From assembly GCF_009914755.1 (NCBI RefSeq), contig NC_060942.1: DNA of 64,000 nt. One strand, 5' to 3'. The stretch is from the human T2T-CHM13v2.0 reference genome, Homo sapiens. Made by a program: the position numbers and the translations under genes. The notes beneath the pieces are model-generated. The model was not told the DNA's origin. It did not search any database and saw nothing but the letters and a program-made list of their open reading frames with translations. Shown here piece by piece: positions 53,041-64,000 of this stretch. How positions within the stretch are numbered: position 1 is the first letter of the stretch; every line of letters begins with the position of its first letter.

Positions 53041-54420
53041 TGAAAAGGCTATTCTTTTCAACAGTTGTTTTGACACCCATGTCAAAAATCAACTGACTAC
53101 TAACATAAGAGTTTATTTCTGGTTTCTTGATTATATCCCATTGATCTCTATGTCTATATACCAGTAGCATCATGTCATGATGACTGTAACTTTATATTAA
53201 GTTTTGAAATTGGGGCTCTTCAACTTTGTTCTTTTTCAAGATTGTTTTGTCTATTCTTAGTCCTTTGCATCCCTAGATAAACTTTAGGACCAGTTTGTCA
53301 TTTCTGCAAAAATTGCAGCAGGGGAGGGAGGGATATTGCCATGTTAACAATTTTGAGTTTTTCAATCCATGAGTGTGGGATGTCATTCCATTTATTTAGA
53401 TTTTCTTTCATTTCTTTCACTAATGTTTTGTAGCTTTTTTGTACAAGTCTTGCATTTATTTTGTTAAATTTATTCCTGGTATTTTATTTTTTAATGTTAT
53501 TATAAATGTAATTGTTTTCTTCTTTTCAGATTGTTTTTACAAACACAGTTGATTTTTGTATATTAATCTATCTTATCATCCTTGCTAAATAATTTATTAG
53601 CAATAAAAAAGTTCTGTGAACTCCTGAGGATTTTTTACATGTCAGATCATGTCATCTGTAAAACAAAATAATTTTACTTCTTTCCAATCCAAATGTCTCT
53701 TATTATTTTTTCTTGCCTCATTGCCCCACTAGGACATACAGTAGTAAAATATTGGCCAGAAATTCTAAGAGTGAACATCTTTGTCTCATTTCTTATATTA
53801 AGAGTAAATAATTCAGTCTTTTCCCATTACATACGATGTTAGCTGTGCGTTTTCGATAGATGCCCTTCTACAGGTTGAGGTTGTACACAACTATTCCTAA
53901 TTTGTTGAGATGTTTTTTGTAGTTCTTTTTTAGGTTGTTGTTGTTTTTTTTTAATCATGAAAGGGTGTTTGGTTTTGTCAAATGCTTCTGCTGCATCTAT
54001 TATGATGATCGTGTGGTTTTCTTCTTTACTGTAGTGGTATGGCGTCTCATTGATTTTTGGGTGTAAAACCAACCTTGCATATGTGATCATGGTGTATAAT
54101 TCTTTTTATATGTGGCATAATTCAGTTTGCTAGTGTTTTATTGAGGATTTTTAAAATTTATAATCATAAGAGACATTAGTCAGTAGTTTTCTCATGATGT
54201 GTCTGTCTGGCTTTGATATCAGGGAAATATTGACCTCCAAGAATGAGTTGGAAAGTGTTCTCTCCTTTTTGCTTTCTGGAAGATTGCATAAAGGATTGGT
54301 ACTGAATCTTTAAATTTTTGGTAGAAATTACCAGTGAAGCCAATATGGACCTGGGATTTTCTTGGTGGAAAGTTGTAAAATTACCAACTCAATCTCTTTA
54401 CTTCTTACAGGTCTATTTAA

Positions 54421-54648
<228 letters not shown>

Positions 54649-55121
54649 TAGTAGTTTATGTCTTTCTAGAAATTTGCTCAACGTGTCTTTGTTGTCTACA
54701 TTTTTGGCATACAGTTGTTCATTGTATTCACTTATAATACTTTTCTATATGGTTTGTTGTAATGTTCTTGCTTTCATTCCTCATTTTAGTAATTTGAGTT
54801 TTCTCTCTCTTTTTTTGACCAGTCTAGCTAAAATTTGTCAGTTTTGTAGGTCTTTTCAAAGACCCTTTCAAAGGCTGACAAATTGGTATCACTGATTTTG
54901 TCTATTGTTTTTCTATTTTTTGTTTCATTTATTTCTGCTATAACTTTTATTAGTTCCTTTATTCTCCTTACTTGAAGTTTAGTTTCTCCTTTTCTAGTTT
55001 CTTAGAATGGAATAGTATGTTATTGATTTGAGAGCTCACTTCTTTCTATAATACAAGCATTTATGGCTACAAATTTTGCTCTGATCACTGCTTTGCCACA
55101 TCTCATAAGTTTTGGTATTTT

Positions 55122-55534
55122 TTTCATGCACGTCCATGTGAAGAGACCACCAAACAGGCTTTGTGTGAGCAACAAGGCTGTTTATTTCACTTGGGTGCAG
55201 GCGGGCTGAGTCCAAAAAGAGAGTCAGCGAAGGGAGATCGGGGTGGGGCCGTTTTATAAGATTTGGGTAGGTAAAGGAAAATTACAGTCAAAGGGGGGTT
55301 GTTCTCTGGCGGGCAGGAGTGGGGGTCACAAGGTGCTCAGTAGGGGAGCTTTTGAGCCAGGATGAGCCAGGAGAAGGAATTTCACAAGATATTGTCATCA
55401 GTTAAGGCAGGAACAGGCAATTTTCATTTCTTTTGTGGTGGAATGTCATCAGTTAAGGCAGGAACCGGCCATCTGGATGTGTACATGCAGGTCACAGGGG
55501 ATATGATGCTTAGCTTGGGCTCAGAGGCCTGACA
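55122..55534 (-). mobile_element. Solo HERV-H LTR (LTR7), 413 bp
   Basis: The minus strand starts TGTCAGGCCTCTGAGCCCAAGCTAAGC and ends ...ggtggtctcttcacatggacgtgcatgaaa. TATA-like cttataaaac at 55251-55260, AATAAA at 55181-55186, and a perfect TSD ATTTT (55117-55121, 55535-55539). Confidence 0.96.
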
Positions 55535-57397
55535 ATTTTGTGTTTTCATTTTCATTAATCTAAAAGTATTTTCTAATTTCATTTGTAATTTCTTCTTTGA
55601 TTTACTGGTTACTTGGGAGTATATTCTTTAATTTCCACATATTTGTGAATTTTCCAAATTTCCTTCTGTTATCTATTTTCAATTTCGTTTCATTGTGTTT
55701 GGAAAGCATACTCGTATGATTTCAATTATTTAAATTTATTGAGTCTTCTTTTATGGCCTAACATATGGCCTATTCTGGAGAACATTCTATATGCCCTTGG
55801 GAAGAGTGTATATTCTGCTATTGAACTTGGGAAGAATGTGTGGGGTACTTTATGGATATCTATTAGGACTAATTGGCTTATAATATTGTTAAAGTCTTTT
55901 ATTTCCTTGTTGATCTCCTGCCCAGTTGTTCTATCCATTATTGGAAGTTGTTGAATTATCTATTTCTCCCTTCAACTTCCTCAGCTTTTGCTACATTTTG
56001 GGGGCCTCTGTTGGTAGGTGCATTTATGTTAATAGTTATTATATCTTCTGGTTGTATTGACCCTTGTGTTACTATGAAATATCCCTCTTTATCTTCAGTA
56101 ACTTGTTTTGTTTTAAAGTTTATTTTTTCTGATATTAGTAAAGTATGCTAGGTCTGTTATGATTGCTGTTTGTATATTATGTGTATTTTTTCATCCATTT
56201 ACTTCTAACCTATTTGTATCTCTGTTTTTGTATCTCTTTTATTACCTTTTTGCATTAATTGATATATTTTCTAGTATAACTTTGTAATTCTGCTAATGAT
56301 TTTTAAATCTATATATTTTTAAATTCTTTTCTTAAAGCTTGCTCTAGGCTTTGCAACACATCTAAATCTACATCAGATATGTTCTACCTTAATTCTAGTA
56401 AGATACATTGGCTTTTTTCCTATATAACTCAATTTCCTCCTCCCTTTTTTATGTCATTTTTGTTATGCATTTACTAATAACAACACATTTTTGTGATTAT
56501 TATTATGTATACAATATAATCTTACATTTGTTAAAGAAACTTAAGTAAAAAAGGATTTTAATATAGTTTGTTATATTAATCTTCTTATTTATTATTTCTG
56601 AATCTTTTCATTTTTCCCTCTAGGTTTGAGTTACCATTTGGTGTCATTTTCTTCTCACAGAACAGCTTTGTTCCCAGTACCTCCTTTGTTCTCTTATTGT
56701 CAAATATGTCGCATTTCTATATGTTATAGTGCCCACAATATAGTATGATTGCATATGTATTGTCTTAAGCAATTGCTTTTTAAATAAGTAAAGATAAGAA
56801 ACCGAAATGTACAAGTGCACTGTCTTTAGTAATTATGTACAAAATTACCTTTGCCAGTGTTTCTGTGTGTGTATAGAATTACTGTCTGGTGTTGCTTGCT
56901 TTCAGGTTCAAGAACTTTCTTTGGTATTTCTTGTAAGGCAGATCTTCTAGCAATAAATTTAGTTTTTGTTTATCTGAAAATGTCTTTATTTTGCATTCAC
57001 TTCTGAAAGAGAGTTTTGCTGGGTATAGCAATATTGGTTCACAGGTGTTTTTTTTTTTTTTTTCTTTCAGTCCTTTGAATACATCATCTCACTGTCTCTG
57101 GTCTCCATTGTTTTTAATGAGAAGTCAGCTGTTAATATTGTTGGAGTTCCCTTGTATATGATGAGCAGTTTTCCTCTTGCAGCTTTCAAGGTTTTCTCTT
57201 TATCTTTGGAATATTTTGGCTATGCTGTGTCTGGGTGTGGATTTCTTTGTGTTTTCGTGTCTTCTGGTTTGTTGATCATCTTGGATATGTAGATGAGGTC
57301 AGTTTAATAGTGTCCCATATTTCTCTAAGGCTTTGTCTTTCATTTTATGTTTTTTCTCTGTTCTTTAGACTGCTTAATCTCTATTGCTCAAACTTTA

Positions 57398-57717
57398 TTT
57401 ATTTATTTATTTATTTTTGAGACAGGGTCTGATTCTGTTGCTTAGGCTGGAGTGCAGTGACATGATCATGGCTCACTGTAACCTTGACCTCCTAGGCTCA
57501 AGCAATCATCCTGTCTCAGCCTCCTGAGTAGCTAGGACTACAGGCATACACCACCATGCCTGGCTAAATTTTTTACTTTTTTTTTTTTTTTTTTTTTTGT
57601 AGAGATGGAGTCTCACTATGTGAAACAGACTGGTTTTGAACTCCTGGCTTCAAGTGGTCTTCCTGCCTCAGCCTCCCAAAGTGCTGGGATTACCAGCATG
57701 AGCCACTGTGTCTGGAC
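57398..57717 (-). mobile_element. AluJ with a (TTTA)n tail and expanded central T tract
   Basis: AluJ diagnostics; TSD tgctc(a/t)aacttta at 57385-57397 and 57718-57730. Confidence 0.92.
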
Positions 57718-58243
57718 TGCTCTAACTTTAAATTCTTGGATTATTTCTTCTACTAGCCCAAATCTACTGTTAATAGATTTTAGTAAAGTTTTCATTTCTA
57801 TTGTACTTTTCAGCCCTAAATTTTTCAATTGATTCTTTTATATACTTTGTATCTTTTCATGGTATTCTCTATTTCATGAGTTACTGTCATCATACCTTCG
57901 TTTAATTATTTAAACATAGTCTTTCATTCTTTGAACATGTTCATCATGCTGCTTTAAAGTCTTTGTCTACTTAGTCCAATATCTGGGCCCTCTCATTGAT
58001 AGTTTCTATTACTTTCTTTAAAAAAAAATGAAACACCTAGTTGTGGGTCATGTTGTGAGTCACACTTTCTTTTTTTTTCATGTCTTGTAAACTTTTCTTA
58101 AAAACTTGATATTTTATATATTATATTGTTGCAACTCTGTACAATAATACCCTCCCTCTGAAATGTGGTGTTGTCTTCATTGCTATGTTTGTTTATGTTT
58201 AGTTATGTGGCTGGGCTAATTCAGTGAAGTGTATTTCCCCTGA

Positions 58244-58624
<381 letters not shown>

Positions 58625-60630
58625 TGAACCTGACTTCCTAGGAATCATCCCTGCTTAACACAGATTAGCAGCCAGCCACTGATTAGTCAGAGTTGTCCCT
58701 AAGCCCCTGAACCAGTAAGTTTTTCACGCATTACATTTGGACCTGTGTGTGCCTTGGAGACACACAGGAAGTTTACAAGTTTGTTCCCTGCTCAGCCAGG
58801 GTCTAGTAGTAGTTCAGAAATTCCCTCTCCAGTGCTCTTCAGAAAGCACAATCTTGAGCATGCACCAGCCTTTTGGAACACCACAGATGACTGATTTTAG
58901 CAGGGCTGTCTTTGACTCTTTCCCTGATCTTCCCATGAGACTCCCGGATGTTCTGCCTCTGTTGGTGTCTCAACTGCCCGTTGATCTTGGCTGATATGCT
59001 AGCTGATGGTTCATTGTTTTCAGCAATGCCCTCTGGCATAAACTTCTCCACGCTCTTTTCCAGATAAAGTTGGGCCTATTGACAGGGACAGGGTATTACC
59101 AGTCTTTGAGGCTTGTTCTACTCTCCTCTAGGTAGAACATTTTTGGTATAAAGCAGGAGCTGGGAAGGGGGCGGTTGTGAATGAGGAGCTTGTGCCTCAC
59201 AGATGCCCCACCTGGATCCTCCCTAGAGAGCAGAAGCTGTGGGGTTTGGGAGAGGTTGGGAATGGGCACTACTGCCCACCTGACACCATGGCCTGGTATA
59301 GATCTTCCTCAGCACACAGCCAGGGTGATGGGCTTGCCCAATGTTTGCTCCGAGTAGCTCTTCCCCAGTAAGTTAGGGGATATGGGGGCTGCCACTCAGC
59401 TGCTGGGCCCACCAGTACTAATCTTCCATAGCACAGAGTAGTGCTCACTGGGGGATGAACGCTGACTGACTCAGGTCCTTCTTACAGATTAGGCGCTGGG
59501 AGTGGTGGGATGGGGGCAGAGCCTGGCTTCCACCACCTACATGGTACAGGTTTTGGGAGCACAAATCTGTGAAAAAATGGGATCTTCCAGTGTTCAGCCA
59601 CTGCTTTATCCACCAGAATACATCTTCACCCCAAGGAGTTGGGGGAGTGGGAACTGCCACTCGGCTGCTAAGCCTCCTGGAATAGCTCTCCCACAAAAGG
59701 GAGGTGGATGGGGAATGAGTGCAGCCCACAGCCTGAACACCATGCCTATCTCTTGTTCTTACCAAGTTTCCATAAATTTTGTTGAGTAAATGGTTCTCAA
59801 TTTGTTGTAAATTCATTGATTCATCTCCAGCATTTGAATGATTGCCTTTGCTAATTTTGATCAGTCTAATAGATGTCTTTCTGGGGAAGAGTTTCACCAA
59901 GCTCTTCCCATCACATTTCAGAAATTCTGCTCTGACTTTGTGAAGTGTCTGTTCATTTCTTTCACATATGTTTCTATTGAGTTGTCTTTTTGTTTTTTGT
60001 TGGTTTGTGGAGATGTGTATGTTGGGATATATATATTTCTATTTACATTTATATTTATGTAGTCTGCAACTAACCCCTTTGTTGGAAATATGTATTGTGA
60101 CATATTCTTTCACTTTGAGGATTGCCTTTTTAATATCTTAATGGTGTCTTATGATAAATAAAAGTCCTAAATTTTAATGTAGTCATATTGCTAATGCTTT
60201 TTTGAGGACCAATGCTTTTTTATGGTTACTATATTGTTTAAGAAGTCTTTGCTATCTCAAATGTCACAAAGATATTTTCTGTGTGTTCTTCTGAACGTGC
60301 TTTATTTTATCTTTCACATATAGATCCATGACCCCTCTGGAATTGACTTTTGACTTGGCATCAGGTTTCCTGTTTCCTCACATGGATATTCCATTGACCT
60401 AGCATGTTTATTGAAAAGATCATCCTTTCTTCACCACACTACAATATCACCTTTATCATAAATCAGGTGGTAAATGTGTAAGCCTGTCCTGGCTCTCTAT
60501 CATGTTCCACTGGGAAGTTTGTCAACCTCACTCCAAATACCAAATTGTTTTATTTACTATAGCTTCATAAAAAGTATTAATATCAGGTAGTATAAGTTCT
60601 CTAGCTTGTCACCGTCTCAAGATTGTCTTG

Positions 60631-60636
<6 letters not shown>

Positions 60637-60673
<37 letters not shown>
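60637..60673 (+). repeat. (TG)18 microsatellite
   Basis: Seen directly. Confidence 0.95.
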
Positions 60674-60675
<2 letters not shown>

Positions 60676-61468
60676 GTCAGCTTGTCAATTTCTGTGGGAG
60701 GAAAGCAGCTAGGAGTTTGATTGGGATTGTATTTAATGTATACGTTAACTTGAGGAAAATTAATGTCATTAATATATTGACTCTTCTGATCCATGAACAT
60801 GGTACATTCTTTTATTTATTTTTATCTTAAACTTTTTGTCTCTCAAAAATGTTTTATAGTGTCTAGTGCAAAGGTCTTATATTATATTATTTCTAGATAG
60901 TTGGTATCCTCGATGCTATTGTAAGTGGCTTCATCTTAAATTTTAATTTAATTTTTGTTTCTGCTCTATGGAAATATAATTACTTTAAAATATGCACCAG
61001 ACAGATATCCAGAAACCCCTCCCCTCTCATTTTTTTTTAAAGTGTTGTGTATTTGTTTACCTCAGATCAAAAGGATTCTATTGGTCATCTTCTTCATTTC
61101 ATGGTGTATTATCGTCATTGGTCCATATGAGGCCAATTTGGTTGGTTTGTTTTGTGCTCATCTCATTTTATCTCCATTTCCTCCCTACCCCTCATAGACA
61201 ATCATTGTCATGCACTTCATGTCTATTTATCTGTTTGTTGGTTACTGATGTGTCTCTTCTTTTAGGCTTTGGAGGTTTCCCATGTGGCAAATTTACAGTT
61301 CATGTTCCTTGCCCACCTATTGCTGTTGCTCTTTATCTTGTTGATTTTTAGGATTATTGCAATTTTCTACTTGTCTCTATCTCAAAACAAAAGACCAAAA
61401 CGGAAAACATGGGTCTTTTTGCTTCTGGCCATTCATTGGCTAATGGAGCTTGATGCTGTGACAGTGGC

Positions 61469-63834
61469 TGTCTTAGTCCATTTTGTATTGCTATAAAGGA
61501 ATACCAGAGGCTGGGTAATTTATAAAGAAAATAGGTTTATTTGGGTCATGGTTCTGTGAGCTGCATAAGCATGGCACCAACATCTGCTTGTCTTCTGGTG
61601 AGGCCTCAGGAAGATTTTACTTATGGTGGAAGGCAAAGAGGGAGCAGGCATGTCACATGTCAAAAGAGGGAGCAAAAGAGAGAACTCACTCATCACCAAG
61701 GGGATGGCACAAAGCCATTCATGAGCGATTCATCCTCATGACCCAAACACCTCCCCCAAGTGGCACCTCCAACATTGGGGATTATGTTTCAACATGAGGT
61801 TTGGAGGGAACATACATACATACTATATCATTCTACCCCTAACCCCCCAAATCTCATGTCCCTCTCACATTGCAAAATACAATCATCCTTTCCCAATATT
61901 CTTCCAAAGTCCTAATTTCTTCCAAGCATCAACCTGAAGGTCCAAACTCCAAAGTCTCATCTGATACTCAAGACTAGTTCCTTCTAGCTATGAGTCTATA
62001 AGATCAAAAACAAGTTATTTATTTCCAAGATAAAATGGTGGTACAGGCATTAGGTAAACATTCCCATTCCAAAAGACAGACAGCCACCAAAAGAAAGGGA
62101 CAATGGGCCTCATACATGTTTGAAGCCCAGCAGGGAAGACATTAAACCATAAAGTTCCAACAAAATCCTTGGCTCCATATCCCATATCCTGGGCACACTG
62201 CTGCAAGGGGCAGGCTTCCAAAGCCTTGGGCAACACCACTTCTGTGGCTTTGCTGGGTGCAGCTCATGTGGCTGCTCTCAAGAGTTGACATTTCATGCCT
62301 GTGGCTTTTCCATGCTGAGATTGCAAGCCTCTGGTGGCTGTATCATGCTGGGGTCGGGGAATGGGGTTCCATTCCCACAGCTCCATTGGGTACTGCCCCA
62401 GTGGAGACTCTGTATGGGGGATCCAACCCCACATTTCCCCTTGGCACTGCACCATTAGAGGCTCTCTATGGGGGCTCTGCCCCGAGGGCAGATTTCTGCA
62501 TGGGCACTGAGGCTTTCCCATACATTCTCTGAAATCTAGGTGGAAGCTGCCAAGCCTCCTTCACTCTTGTGTTCTGTGCCCCTAAAGGTTTACACCATGT
62601 GGAAGCCACTAAGGATTATGGCTTGTGTCCTCTGAAATGGTGGTCTGAGCTATATCTGGGGCTCTTTGAGCCCTGGCTGGAGCCAGAGTGACCTGAATGC
62701 AGGAGAAGCATCCTGAGGCAGTGCATGGCAGTGGCACTCTGGGCCTGGCCCCCAAGACCATTCTTTCCTCCTAGGCCTCTGGGCCTTTGATGGGAGGAGG
62801 TGCCTACAAGATCTGTGAAATGCCTTTGAGGCCTTTTTTCCCATTGTCTTGACTATTAGCACTTGGCTCCGTTTCAGTTATGCAAATATCTCTAGCAAAG
62901 GTTTGTTCCACAAGACCCTTACATTTCTTGCCTGAAAACATTCCTTTCTTCTTTACCACATGGCTGGTCTGCAAATTTTCCAAATTGTCACACTCTGCTT
63001 TCTTTTAATTATAAGTTCCAACTTTAAGTCATTCCTTTGTTCCCAAATCTGATTGTAGGCTGTTAGGAGTAGCCATGCCATGTCTTGAACACTTCACTGC
63101 TTAGAAACGTCTTTTGTCATGTACCCTAGATTCTCACTCAAGTTCAATCTTCCATAAATTCCCTAGGGCATGAATACAATGCAGCAAAGTTCTTTGCAAC
63201 CACATAACAAGGGTGACCTTTACTCCTAGTCCCAATAATTTCCGTATTTCCATCTGAGACCTCATCAACCTGCCCTTCACTGCCCATATTTCTATCAACA
63301 TTTCATCACAACCACTTAACCAGTCTCTAAAAAGCTCCGAATTTTCACTCAACTTTCTGTCTTCTTCTGAGCCTTCCAAACTCTTTCAACCTCTGCCCAT
63401 TAACCAGTTCCAAAGCCACTTCCTCATTTTCAGATATCTTTATAGCAACACCCCACCCCTAGTACCAATTTTCTGTCATAGTCCATTTTGCATTGCTATA
63501 AAGAAATACCAGAAGCTATTTAATTTAAAAAGAGAAGACGTGTATTTGGCTCAGGCTTCTGCAGGCTGTATAAGCATGGCACCAGCATCTGCTTGGCTTC
63601 TGGTGAGGCCTCAGGAAGGTTTTACTCATGGTGGAAGGTGAAGGGGGAGCAGGCGTGTCATATGTCAAGAGAGGGAGCAAGAGAGAACTCACTCATCACT
63701 AAAGGGATAGCACCAACCCATTCACAAGGGACCCACCCCCATGACCCAAACATCTCCCACCAGCCCCCACCTCCAACACTGGGGATCACATTTCAACATG
63801 AGATTTGGAGGGGACAAACATCTAAACCATATCA
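61469..63834 (-). mobile_element. Full-length MaLR MST element: LTR 61469-61830, internal 61831-63473, LTR 63474-63834
   Basis: Two homologous LTRs (tgtcWtagtccattttg...ggtgaggcctcaggaag...atatca) flank a ~1.6-kb MST/THE1-type internal sequence. Flanks gtggc/ccggc are a degraded TSD. Confidence 0.92.
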
Positions 63835-64000
63835 CCGGCACACTGACTACAGCCATGTATGGGTGGGGAAAGTCCCTAAGTTAAAAATCATGGTCAGATT
63901 GTCCTGCAAGGGAATAACGTATGATAGTGCTATTTCTCCTTAGCCCGGGATCTGGCCTAATATCGCAGTGGTGGGAAAGGGCTTCCTAGGAATGGTAATA

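Overview
This is primate, almost certainly human, genomic DNA: it carries AluY/AluS/AluJ, THE1, MST and HERV-H LTR7 elements. The only credible protein-coding sequence is a large terminal exon on the + strand (acceptor AG 24612-24613, coding 24614-25932, AATAAA 27112-27117). I recognise its translation from memory as the acidic, Val/Gln-rich C-terminus of ZNF407 (18q22.3-q23). On that reading, 1-24613 is the distal part of its last intron. The region 27.1-52 kb is GC-rich downstream sequence with minisatellites, a local 430-bp duplication and CpG-rich patches. The region 52-64 kb is a nested stack of L1, Alu, LTR7 and MST insertions. The other listed ORFs look like chance, repeat-derived or decayed-L1 frames. 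I found no RNA genes, no CRISPR array, and nothing I can defend as a new multi-gene system. The best leads are: a 61-bp ungapped intronic inverted repeat whose mismatches are mostly G-U/A-C, a repeated (D/E)G..Q[VI][VI] motif plus an LxxLL box in the protein tail, an in-frame alternative acceptor, a solo LTR7 carrying a SOX-type motif, an AluY that has gained rather than lost CpGs, and the 430-bp duplication. Repeat family names and the boundaries of old elements are by-eye calls against remembered consensus sequences and need RepeatMasker/Dfam confirmation.
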